NCBI GenBank assembly: GCA_043228905.1
Contig: JBHGNT010000006.1
Location: forward strand, 7,998,001-8,062,000
Direction of reading: 5' to 3'
DNA from: Azolla caroliniana
Lineage: Eukaryota > Plantae > Polypodiophyta
Length of the DNA: 64,000 nucleotides
The position numbers and the translations under genes were made by a program. The notes under the pieces are model-generated. The model ran no database searches. It had not been told where the DNA came from and was given only the letters and a program-made list of their open reading frames with translations. Below, piece by piece: positions 36,301-48,900 of this stretch (position 1 is the first letter of the stretch; every line of letters starts with the position of its first letter).

Positions 36301-37754
36301 GGGAAATACCTTGATGACAGTTATTTCTCAAAATACTGGACGAAAGCCGAATCTGGTTTAGATGCCGATACTAGCACCCTACCCTCGAAGGCGACCTTTC
36401 ACATTACAAACGGTTTGCTCTACCTAGTGGAAAGGTCTGTGTTCCAGATTTACCAAATGTTAAACAGAAAATTTTTCATGAATGTCATGATGCACCATCT
36501 GCTGGTCATCCTGGAATACAACGCACACTAGTTCTCATCTCGTGTACTTTTTTCTGGCCTAAGATGCGCTCTGACGTGCATAAATACGTAACTCAATGCT
36601 TACAATGTCAGATTAATAAGTCGGAACGACTTAAAGCTGCTGGTCTTTTACATCCCTTAGATATTCCCAACAATAAATGGGAAAGTATCTCGATGGATTT
36701 TATTGTTTGTTTACCTCGTACACAGAGGGGTCATGATGCCATATGGGTTGTCGTTGACAGGCTAACAAAATTAGCTAGATTTATTCCTACAAAAACCACG
36801 GTAACCGCTCAACAGTTGGCTTATCAATTTGTTGATGAGTTATTTCGTTTTTATGGATTACCGATGGATATTGTTAGTGATCGAGATTCCAAGTTTACTA
36901 GTGACTTTTGGACTCAGGTCTTTAAGAAACTAGAAACTACGTTGAGCATGAGTTCCGCAGATCATCCTCAGTCTGATGGACAAACTGAACGAGTTAATCA
37001 AATTATTGAGGACATGCTTCGAGCTTATGTAGCAAAAACCCCTTCTAAGTGGGAGCAATACCTTCCTATCTTAGAATTTGCCTATAATAGCTCTAAACAT
37101 ACATCCACTGGATATAGTCCTTTTATGTTGATGTATGGTTTTCAGCCACGTGCCCCAGTTGATGTCACGATTCATCGTGATACATTAGACAGTACACGCA
37201 ATTTTTTGCAAGACATGAACCAAATGTTGCATATTGCCAAAGAAAATGTCAAGACAGCTCAAGATCGTGCTCGATTTTATGCTGATCAGGATAGACGTCC
37301 TCGTGCATTTACTATTGGTCAAAAAGTTTTTTTGCGTGTCCCGACTGATTCTACGTCATTATCTACGGGCAAGTGCGCTAAGTTAACCCCACGATATTGT
37401 GGCCCATTTGAAATCCTTAAGCGAGTTGGGTCATCTGCTTATCACCTTGCCTTACCTCGTAACGTTGGTATTCATCCTGTTTTTCACGTCAGTCGTCTAA
37501 AACCATTTTTAGGCTCTGGTGATAACACCATCACAATCCAAGATCTTGTAACATTAGAGGATTTTTCTTACAAACCTCATGTTCCTGAACGAATTCTTGA
37601 TTCTCGTACTAAACGTTTACGTTCTAAAGAGATTCGGCTATTCAAGATCAAATGGATGGATAAACCTATTGATGATGCCACATGGGAACGCGAGCATTCG
37701 CTTAAGGCACAATTTCCTCACTTTATATTGCAAGAGTGCAATCTTTTGAAGTAG
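33351..37754 (+). pseudogene. gag-pol of E, with two frameshifts (about 34650 and 36428)
   Basis: CAYCKKRGHTKDTC, LFDSGSSHNF, FLDDSLIYS, ETDASDYAIG, SDRD, GPF module and terminal group II chromodomain (PERILD...IKW...DATWE). Confidence 0.95.
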
Positions 37755-38371
37755 GGGAGTATGTTATGTACACATAACGTTGGTGAGGGTAGGTCACTAA
37801 TATTTACATTAGTGAAGGGTATGTTCACTATTATTAAAAAGGGGACTAATGATTGGATAGAATGAATGATATGTGCATGCACTATCATGATTTAGACAAC
37901 CAATGAATAGAGAGCCTTTTAGAAAGGCACATCTATTCAAGGGGCCTAGGAAAAGGTATAAATATGAGGCTTAGCTACCCTCATAGGAATCACGTCGGAA
38001 GGCTGCTGTCGTAGACACCGGTGGTGCGGGCTAGGCTTTCGACTCGACGATCGTGTTTATCTCTTCCAAGGTATTAGTCATCCTAATATCCGGCGGTATG
38101 GGACGTCGGTGGTAGGTTGGCTATGTCTAGATCATAGCTCGGGGGTGGTCGGGTGGAACGGGTTCCTCTATCCAATCTATTTTCTTCCTTTTTACTTGAT
38201 TTGGTCTATTGATTAGTAATAGACTCTTAACACCTGCCCATTCCAGAGGTACACTACATTGCTCCTAAGCGCCTCTACAAAATCTGCGCACTCTTTCCAA
38301 ACGTGACCGGCCGCATCGCACCACATACATCGTTGTGTTGGGGATATGTCCCTCAAGTGGGAGGAACCGAC

Positions 38372-39964
38372 TGTTCGGAAATAGCCGATAGTTGACAGTT
38401 GACAACCGGGAGTCAAAGAGTCGACAACAGAGAGTCGATTATTTAAACAGATTGATTATTATTATTATTATAGTAATAATAATAGTAATGATATGTAGCA
38501 ATGTCTACAATTGTAAATAGGTCATATGATATATCAGTATATATATACATCTAGGGCAAACATAGTAAAGTGACGATAACAGAAGTGTGCGTAAGAGAGA
38601 CGAGAAATAAGGAGAGAGAGAGAGAGAGAGAGAGGGAGGGAGAAAGAGAAAGAGAAAGAGAGAAAGAGAGAGTGGCACCATAGCTGTGTGCATAACAATA
38701 GACGCTAAGAACCCTGTGTGGGTGATACACTCATAATCAGAGTGTTGTAATCTCTGCCTTGTATATCCACTGTATAGTGAAGTTTCTGCTCTCCCGTGGT
38801 TTTCTCCTGTTTTAGGGTTTCCACGTAAATCTCTGTGTACTGTGTCGGTGTGTGCCTGTGTTGTGTATTTTTCAGCATCGTTTGATCTTGTGGTTTTACG
38901 AATCGATTCTCAACATACTGGTATTAGAGCTTGAGGTGCAAGCATGGAAGGAGGTGTGAGCGGCTTCCCAAGCATGATAGTTCTAAACTCACAGAACTAT
39001 GCAGACTGGAAGATAAAGATGGAGGACCTTCTCATAGTCAAAGACCTGTACTTCATCCATTGCTACGAGCAATGAAGAACTATTGTTCATCTGTGAACTG
39101 ACAAGTGCAAATCTTGCAAGTGAAGAATGCACTTGGGTGATCGATTCTAGGGCATCATTCCACATAACTCCGTCGAGAGAGTATTCTCTACTTACGTAGC
39201 CAGAGATCACGGTTATGAGAAAATGGGTGATAGTGGAGAGTGCATGATAGTCGGAGTCGAAAGTGTCTGCTTGACAATGTCGACGAGGTGTCGACTGACT
39301 CTGAAGGATGTTCGACACGTCCCTGATATCAGATTGAATCTGATATCGACTAGAAGGTTAGATGACGAAGGCTATAGTGGTAGCTTTCGGAATGGCATAT
39401 GGAAGTTCTGCCGAGGAAATATTATAGTGGCCCGAGCACAAAAAGAAGGCACATTATATATGATGCATGCCCAACTATGCAAATCGAAAGTAAATGTGGC
39501 AGCCAACTCGGCAAGAGAGATATGGCATAAGAGGTGGACACGGATGTTTGTTATGTAGATGCTCTATTGTATCGAGGTGGACAATACTTTGTGACGTTCA
39601 TCGACAACTATAGTCGGAAGACATGGGCCTTCGTACTAAAGTCGAAGGATCAAGTACCGTCGGTTCTCAAGAAGTTCCAGGCTAGAACTGAATGAGGGTC
39701 AGGTCAAAAGTTGAAGGTTGTTTGAACCGACAACGGTGGCGAGTTTAGAGGGCAATTCGAGGAATACTGCAAGTGCCAAGGTATTCGGATCAAATACACA
39801 GTGCCAAAGACCCCAGAGTTGAACGGGCTTGTAGAGAGGATGAATCGAACAATCATGGAGAGGGTAAGGAGCATGCTCTCTCATGCGAAACTTCCAAAAT
39901 CCTATTGGGCTGAGGCGATGTACATAGCTATTTATCTGATCAACAGGTCTCCCTCAATACCATT
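38372..39964 (+). mobile_element. Element F: 5' part of a Tork-like copia (LTR 38372-38915, PBS, internally deleted gag, PR, INT), truncated by H
   Basis: TGTT...CAACA; PBS TGGTATTAGAGC at 38919; NYADWKIKMEDLL, VRHVPDIRLNLIS, TPELNGLVERMNRT. Confidence 0.85.
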
Positions 39965-40009
39965 TGTAACGGAATGGGAAGCAAGAGTGATTGCAATGCA
40001 GCGGAAGAA

Positions 40010-40050
<41 letters not shown>

Positions 40051-40056
40051 GCAACA

Positions 40057-40099
<43 letters not shown>

Positions 40100-43000
40100 A
40101 TTGTATATTAACCAAAAATACCTCAAAAAATAAAACATCCAACAGTAACTAAGTTACAATGTGTTGGTTTATACACCAAATAAGCTAGGGCAAGTGCCCT
40201 TTCTACTATTTACAAAACTAGCCCAACATGTGTGAAACCTATCTATGGGAAGTTGAGTTCGACTCTCAACACGCCCCTTCGAACACAACTTCTATCTATT
40301 GAGAAGGTTGTTCGGTTCGTACTTTGACTTATCTAGTTGGTTGTGTTGCGTACTCGCGTACTTGATCAATTGCATATGTGTTGTGTATCATTGCGTATTG
40401 CTTCCATGTCGCCTGTACCTATACTCCCCCTCAAGTTCGGCAATGTAGATGTCGTGAGACCAAGGTCCGATGCAAATTGCCCGAGCTTGCCGACTCCTAA
40501 GGCCTTCGTAAATATATCAGCAACTTGGAGGTGCGTACTGATATGTTGTAGATCGATCTCGCCGACCTGTACGCGCTTGCGGATGAAGTGGTAATGCACT
40601 TCGATATGTTTAGTCCGCGCATGGAATACAGGGTTCCATGCCAAGTAGATACTGCTCATGTTGTCCCAGTAGAGACGAATTGGATCCTTGATGGGGACAC
40701 CCAGATCCTTTAGTATGCGTTTAAGCCATACGGCTTCGCATGCGGCGACTGTTGTGCCCCTATATTCGGCTTCCATTCTCGACAGTGCGACTGTCGGTTG
40801 TTTCTTGCTGCTCCAAGAGATTGCTCCGCTGCCGAGGGAGAAGACAAATGAGGAGGTGGATCGTCTATCCGCTTTATAGCCTGCCCAGTACGCGTCGGTG
40901 TACCCTTCGAGTCGAATAGTCGTGTTCAACTTATACATGATGACGTAAGCCATTGTCGTACTGACATACCGTAGTATCCTCTTAGCACAATCAAGATGAA
41001 GATTTCGCGGATTCTACATGAATTGGCTAAGTAGGCCGACCGAATAACTGAGGTCGGGTCGCGTAATGGTTAGATAGATCAAACTACCGATCAGTTGTCG
41101 ATACTGAGTCGGCTCGCTCTTAGTGGTTCCGAAATTGGCATCAATCTTTAGGTTACAATCGAGAGGGGTAGACACAGGCTTGCACTCAGTCATTCCAAAC
41201 TTGTAGAGTAAGTTGAGGACGTAGTGCCGTTGTGAGATCATTATCCCGACTAGTGTCTGAATTACTTCGATGCCTAGGAAGTAATGGAGTTTGTGCAGGT
41301 CTTTCATTTCGAATCTACCGGAGTTCGTGTTTTGACTTTGTTGATCTTGGCGATATCCTTTCCTCCAATGACCAAGTCATCCACGTATAGGATGATGATG
41401 ATCAGGCTATCCGACTCATTTCAGATGTATAGAGAAGTATCGGATTTTGACATTCGAAATCCGACTTGTTGAAGATACTACGTGATCTTCGAATGCCAAG
41501 CACGATGTCATGATGTTTTCGACACATAGTGTGAAACCACCACCAAAAAAGAATAAAGTAGTAGTTGAAATAAACTAATATTATGAAGTCAACTTTTGTA
41601 ATAAATGATGAAAAGATAAGAAGGTAGAAGCGATGTATAAACATTGCTTATGTATAAAGATAATTAAGTGTCATTCATACTCCCGTAATCTAAGCTTTTC
41701 TTACTTATTAGCATTATTAAGTATTATTCAATCTCACATAATCTCCTACTCGAAGATTTGCTTATGCATAAATGTAATTAACTATTATTCCATTTCTCAT
41801 ACCAATTTACTCTTATTAGAGGGAAATCGCTCATCTTTAAGCCTAAAATACATTAAGTGTTAAGCCCTAAATCCTTCCCATCCAGAACCCCGGCGGTTCC
41901 GCCTCACTATCCGCACTACCTGGCGGATTTTCACGACAACGCGGTGCTTGTTGAGGCCGTAGAGTGGCTTCTTGAGTCGGCATACGGCGTGCGGATTTTT
42001 ACGCGATTCGAATCCGGGTGGTTGTATCATGTACACCTCTTCTTCTAACTCTCCTTGGAGGAAAGCATTTTTCACGTCTATTTGGTGGAGGTGCCATCCC
42101 TTCGCTGTAGTGAGGGCAATTACTATTTGTACAGTTGTCATCTTTGGCACCGGCGCAAAGGTTTCTTCGTAGTCTATGCCATGCGTTTGCGCGTAGCCTT
42201 TCGCAACGAGCCGTGCTTTGAAGCGATTTACGGATCCGTCGGCATTGTATTTTACTTTGTATATCCATTTGCATCCAATCACTTTCTTGTTCGGGGGGAG
42301 AGGAACGAGATCCCATGTCTCGTTTTTGCCTAAAGCTTCCATCTCCTCATTCATCCCATCAACCCATCACGGATCCTTTGCGGCCTCGGAAAGCATTTCC
42401 AGTTCCCGTACTGACGCCACTTTAATCATAAAAGCATAGTGATACACCATGTACTCGTCGTAGTCGTAGCGGTTTACGGGGTTCTTTTCACGTGTGGATC
42501 GGTGTAGCTCTCGATCCATGGGGAGTATGGCTTTCTTCGCTTCATCTATGCGTATGTCGGGATCTTTAACTTCACTGTCAAGAGAGTGAAGCATCTCGGT
42601 CTCTTCTTGATCTTCATATTCCCGCATTTTCGCCTTCCCTTTGTCCAGCTTCGGACTCGGCCAAGATGTGCTTTCATCACTCGGCGGTTCTGATGGCCCA
42701 CTCAGTCGTGTCGTAATTGGGTTGTCTTCTAACATCTGTGTGAGCTGGTCCTCGGCTTCTATTTCTATTTCAGTGTCATCTGCGTCGAGCGGGGTTGGAG
42801 TCGAAGTATTCTCTGGTGCGTACCAGGATGCGTATTCGTCGAAGACTACGTCTCGACTTGTTCGAACCTTACGGGTAGATGGGTTGTAGCATTTGTACCC
42901 CTTCTGTTCAAGTGAGTATCCTACGAGGATACCTTTCTCCGACTTTGGGTCAAGCTTTTGCCGCGTATTGTTGGGAATATGTACGTAGGCGATAGAACCG

Positions 43001-45216
43001 AAAATGCGGATATGTGACAAGTCCTGCTTCTTTCCGAAGAATTTCTCATGCGGAGTTATATCGTGTACTCCTGAGGTTGTGCACCTGTTCATGAGATATA
43101 CGGCCGTATTTGCCGCTTCTGCCCAATATGATTTCGGCAGGTTCTTCTCGTTCATCATGGCTCATGCGACTTCTACTTCATGTCGATTTTTACGCTCTGC
43201 TACGTTGTTTTGCTGAGGCGTGTGTCAACACGAGAACTCTCGTCGGATTCCTTCTTTTCGGAGATATGCCGAAAATTCATCCGAAAAATATTCTTTGCCT
43301 CCATCTGATCGAAGAAAGCGTACATGTCGACCCATAGTTTTTTCGGCTTCGGCTTTGAATGTCCGAAAGTGCCTGAACACTTCACTCTTATGCTTCATCA
43401 GATAGATCCAGGTGTTCCTGGAGAAGTCGTCAATGAACATGACATAGTATCGGCATCCGCCGAATGTTATTGTCTGGGCTGGTCCCCACACATCTGAATG
43501 TACGACATCCATGATTCCTTTGCTCACATTCCGCGCTTTAGGGAATGGGTGACTCCGTTGCTTTCGAAACTGACATGCTTCGCATACGCCTGTAATATCC
43601 TTCGCCGTAAAGTTCAGGTGTCCGATTATGACTCCTTTCGATTGCATGTTCTGGAGCTTTTGGAGATTGATGTGGTCAATTCTCTTGTGCCACAGTTTCA
43701 AGTCGGTTTCGACTTTCTGGCCCTTTGCAAACATGGCCGACTTTACCTCACCTGATTCGAGGATGAACATACGGCCTTCACGATGGCCGTGCACTATGAC
43801 TTGATCGCCTTTTTCGATGAAGCACCCATCGTTATTGAAGTGTACTTGCATTCCTTGTTCGCCAATTTGGCCAACCAAGACCAAGTTTTTCGTAATAGTG
43901 GGGACATGCAGCACGTTCTTGAGGTAGGCCTGTTTGTCGTCGTTTCCGAATGGGACGTTCCCGATATGTTGTATTGGGTGAGTTGTGTCATCTTTTGTTT
44001 TGACATATCCGGGACGTTTGGGCTTCCGTAGTTCCCGAAACCAATCTTCATGGGACGTCATGTGATTGGATGCTCTCGAATCGACAAACCATACGTTGTT
44101 CGGAGTGGAATCGGTAGTTGACACAAGTGCGGACATTGAGTGCGCTTCGTGCTTTATTATGAACATTCCGCCGTAGTTTCCGTAGTCGGAGTTTGTGGCG
44201 TAATTTGTTAGTTGTCGGCCTTGCTCACGCTTCTTCTTCTGACACTCCTCTTCGTAGTGACCGAGTTTTCCGCAGTACCCACACTCAACTAGGTTCCTAC
44301 GGTTGCTTGGTCCGGCGTGATGACTCCCCCTTCCGCAAAACTCTCTGGGGCCGTTTCTGTCCACTTGACATTGGTGGGAGTTATACTCTTGGTTGTGTCG
44401 GCCTTGGCTGAGTCGACCTCTCCTTCCGTGGCTTTGTCCTCTTCCTCCATCGAAGTTCGAATATAGCATTTGTCTGTCATGCGCGTCGTTCCTTTGACGC
44501 ACGTGATTCTCTTCAACTAGCAACAATCATTGGAGATCAAAAATGGAGGGAGGATTCTCTCTCGCGAGGACTGCCGATCTTATTGCGCCAAATCGCGGTG
44601 CCAAGCCACCGAGGCATATCTACACCATTTCTTCGTCATCAATGCTAACATTGATCGATCCAAGGGCATCGCACAACTGCTTGATCTTTAAGGTGTAGTT
44701 GCCGATTGACATGTCCTTTTGTTGAAGATTGTTCAGTTCCTATCGAAGTTGGAGCTTTCGTGCGGCCGTATTGGCCACGAAAATCTTCTTGAGGTTTTCT
44801 CATGCCTGCTTCGGCGTTTTTGCCTCTCGAATGTAGCCAAACATATGATCATGAACGCATGATGCAAGGCAATACAACACATGGCTTGCAGCCTGCTCCC
44901 AAGCTGGATAGTAGGCGTCTATTGGGTCGGGTTGTGATTCATGAGCTCCTTCAATGTAGCTCTAGTAGCCTTGTCCGACAAGGTATTGATGCATCTTGTA
45001 TTCCCAAGATGCAAAGTTCGTTTTGTCGAGCTTCTCGGTAGGAAGAGCGCTTCCCATTTGAGTATTCATGGTGATTTCTTCTCTATTGATGGGTCGGTTC
45101 TGTTGATCTTCGGCGTGCAGCACAACACAGTCGAATAGGCTTAATCAGGCAACCACACACTCTGATACCATGAAACAAAATGGGAAGCAAGAGTGATTGC
45201 AATGCAGCGGAAGAAG

Positions 45217-45283
<67 letters not shown>

Positions 45284-45505
45284 CAACAAAGAGAGAGAGC
45301 TCTTAAGGCAGAGATAGAAGGACTGTATATTAACCAAACATACCTCAAAAAATAAAACATCCAACAATAACTAAGTTACAATGCGTTGGTTTATATACCA
45401 ACTAAGCTAGGGCAAGTGCCCTTTCTACTATTTACAAAACTAGCCCAACATGTCCATGAGCTAGTGTGAAACCTATCTATGGGAATTTGAGTTCGACTCT
45501 CAACA
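39965..45505 (-). mobile_element. Element H: degenerate Ty1/copia (Ale-like)
   Basis: LTRs 39965-40271 and 45171-45505; PBS TGGTATCAGAG at 45170; gag-PR-INT-RT-RH order (CGYCGKLGH, WFVDSRASNH, LRSDGGKEY, KARLVAKGY, HARTKHIE); no TSD. Confidence 0.92.
41506..41938. mobile_element. Solo LTR inserted in the RT of H
   Basis: Termini TGTCATGA...TCACGACA; interrupts the KQAPRAW motif; imperfect 4-bp duplication ACGA/ACGC. Confidence 0.75.
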
Positions 45506-45940
45506 GTCATGCTTAACCATTTCGATATGAGCATGTACTTGTATATAGCTTAGTATTATTATTCTAACATATAGTACATTCAAGAATATTCTAGTCTTTA
45601 GTATATTCTAGAAATATTCTATGGTGTAATCTAGATGGGTATATTCTAGAGATATTTCTCAAGTATATTCTAGAGATATTCAATCTCAAAACTTGTATAA
45701 ATACTTGTAACCTCCTTCGTCCCTTTCAAGGGATTCAACACCAATCATTGACACGTCAATCTAGTATTCTTGTTTCGCCTCATCTTTGTCTCCTCGATCT
45801 TTATTTCCACCTTCATGCCCTCATGTCGCTCACAACATCTAGAGTTCCTAACCTCGTCATATCTAGCTCCAAGTTCATCCGTCACTTGTAGCCCCATCAT
45901 CTGTGCTCCATCCTAGTCCGCGCTTGGTGTGTCCGTGACA
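45506..45940 (+). mobile_element. LTR (solo or 3') of another Tcn1-like family, inserted in the gag of G
   Basis: GTCA...GTGACA ends; TATAAAT near 45695; directly followed by NGLCLYCG codons; not similar to the LTR at 49841. Confidence 0.65.
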
Positions 45941-48900
45941 CAACGGACTATGTTTATATTGTGGTGCATCCCATCTAATTCATTTTTGCCCAATCAAGAT
46001 TAATCAATGACAAATATCTACACACAATATGACAAGACGGCCCCAACAACTTGAAAACGACGGTATCCAACTACAGTAGGAGTCATGTGGTTGGACAATC
46101 CGCATTCTTGTCGCTCCCATAGTACGGCTACATCGACAGAAGATTTCTCCTTTCCGGTAAGCATCCATTTCAAGTCGATTTCAATTAGGTCCTTAGCACT
46201 TCTCAATTCTGGGACAACAACGTGTTTTATGGACGAAAGGTTCGTTTGTTAACACAAATTTCCGATTGTCCAAGCCAATCATAGTGGAAGCTATTGATGG
46301 ACGCATGCTTTCTTCGGGAGTAGTCACCGAAGCCACTATCCAACTTATCTTACAGCTCAGTTACCACCAAGAGGCCTTAACATTTTATGTTATCACTTCA
46401 CCGTGACATTCGGTCATCCTTGGTTTGTCTTGGCTGAAGGCATAGAATCCACTTGTTGATTGGCACAATCACTCAATTACTTTCTCCCAAACCAGCTCGG
46501 AGGTGCAAGCAGTATCTCATGTTGCAGCAGGTGCTCACCCTCCCATTAAAGCAGGAATTAGCTCCAAGGCGGATGCTCACATCCTAGTCACAACAAGGGA
46601 AATAGTGCATAGTGCCTCTGAGTCAAGCAATCCAATGAGGACAGCTACTGACTCACTACCGTCCAAGTATGAAGACTTCCAGGACGTGTTTGAGAAAAAG
46701 AATGTTGATCACTTACCTAAGCATCGACGCTACGACTGTCCGATTGATCTGCAAGAAGGTGCCAATCCTCCCTTTGGCCCAATTTATGGGTTGTTGGAAC
46801 CAAAACTCCAGGCACTTTGAACTTATCTCAATGAGAACCTTGAAAAGGGTTTTATTCAACCCTCAAAATCACCAGTAGGAGCTCCTATTTTGTTCGTGAA
46901 AAAGAAAGATGGCTCCTTACACCTCTGCGTCGACTATCGAGGTCTAAACAAGATTATTGTCCGCAACCGCTACCCATTGCCTTTCGTCTCAAAGTTGTTG
47001 GATCAACTCCGAACTGGCCAGATCTTCCCTAAGATTTACTTACAGTAATGCCTTTCGGCCTCACTAATGCTCCTACAGTATTTCAGCATATGATGAATGA
47101 CATCGTTCGAGAATATCTAGATCACTTTGTTGTGATATATCTAGATGATATCTTGGTCTTCTCTTCGAACATCAAGGAGCATACTCAACATGTCAGGTTA
47201 GTCCTCGCCAAACTTTGCAAGCATGGACTCTATGCTAAAAGTGAAAAATGTGAATTTGATCGTACTTTTGTAGAGTTTCTTGGGTATGCCATTTCGACAC
47301 AGGGAATCACAATGGACACACGGAAAGTCAAGACTATCCAAGAGTGGGTTGTCCCAACGCAGGTACCAGATGTGCAATCATTCCTTGGTTTTGCCAATTT
47401 TTAACGTCGCTTCACCAAAGGATTCTCAGTGATTGCACAACCTCTCATTGCTCTTACCCGCAAGGATGCTACTTTTGAATGGACAACAGTTGCACAAAAG
47501 ACGTTCGACTTGTTGAAACAAGCCTTTACTATGGCACCAGTCCTCTTACATCCTGACCCCACTAAGCCTTTTCAAGTCGAAACAGATACTTCCGATTTCG
47601 CCATTGGGGTGATCCTCTCCCAACCAGATGAGGTCGGTGTGCTTCACCCGGTGGCTTACTACTCCCGCAAATTCATAGCCCCAGAAATCAACTACCCCAT
47701 ATACGACAAGGAGCTTCTCTCTATTATTGCTTCTTTTGAAGAATGGAGACCCTATTTAGCCGGGGCGCAACACCATATCCAAGTGATTACTGATCACAAA
47801 AATCCAGTATACTTTTCTACCACTCGAACTTTAAATCATAGACAGGCGCGATGGTCAACCTTCTTGGTAGACTATGATTTTGAGATAATCTTTCGACCTA
47901 GTGCTCAACAAACGACGACCGATGTCTTATCCCGTCGGTCTGAGTCGAGCTCACTCCGGAGGATGAAGCCTATGTTTAGCAATCCTAGAGTTTGTTAAAG
48001 CGTGACCAATTCTACAACTTCGCGGCTTGCTTGCTCCGGGATGACTCTTTGCTCAAGGAAATAGCAAAAGCCACTACGACTGACAAGTTCACCATAGAGG
48101 TCAAGGCAAGTATCACAAACCCCTCCCACAAACCCAAAAGGCCTGATTTAGCTCATTTTACAATTCATGATAATCTTTTGTATGTCCCAGAAGGTCCCTA
48201 TCGAACCAAGGTGCTTCACGAGTGTCACAATGCTCCACTTGTTGGTCATTTTGGTGTTGCGAAAACCTTGGAGTTGATATCTCAGGGGTACTGGTGGACA
48301 CAACCATGGAAATTGGTCAAGGAGTTCGTTAAATCATGCGACGTTTGTGCTCGCTCTAAAGCATCTCATCATCGACCATATGGTTTCCTTCACCTCTCCC
48401 AATCCCCAAACGGCCTTGGGCCTCTCTTTCCATGGATTTCATCACTAACCTTCCTTTTGTTGGTGGCTATGACTCGGAATTCTTCATGGTCAATTGCTTC
48501 ACCAAGATGGCTCATTTTTCTCCATGTACCAAATCCATTACTGGAGAGGAGACAACCGATTTGTTTTTCAAAAATGTGGTTCGACTACATGGACTCCCGG
48601 ACAATATCACTTCTGATCGAGGACCACAATTTGTTTCCAATTTCTGGCGGCGCCTTCTACAAACCTTTGGTTGTACTGTGAATCTGTCTTCCGCCTATCA
48701 TCTGCAAACCGATGGATAAACGAAGCAGGTTAACCAAATCTTGGAACAATACTTGTGGTGCTCTCTTATCTACCAACAAGACAACTGGGTTGACCTTCTC
48801 CCACTTGCCGAGTTTGCCTACAACAACTCTCTGCATGCATCTACGGGAGTTACTCCATTTTTCACAAACTACATGTTGGGATCACCGACATCTAATGCGG

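Larger units (their letters stand above)
31125..38232 (+). mobile_element. Element E: young full-length chromovirus (Tekay/Reina/Galadriel-like)
   Basis: 471-bp LTRs 31125-31595 and 37762-38232 (one mismatch seen); TSD CCTGC; PBS TGGTATCAGAGC (tRNA-iMet) at 31597; PPT AGGGGAG near 37753. Confidence 0.97.
30337..38371 (-). mobile_element. Element I: degenerate gypsy gag/protease region, split by E and cut by A and F
   Basis: Zinc knuckle CMWCDAAGHVWKEC at about 38330 continues across the E TSD into 31124-30337 (HWARTMTETPVRIG, upstream of protease). Confidence 0.65.
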
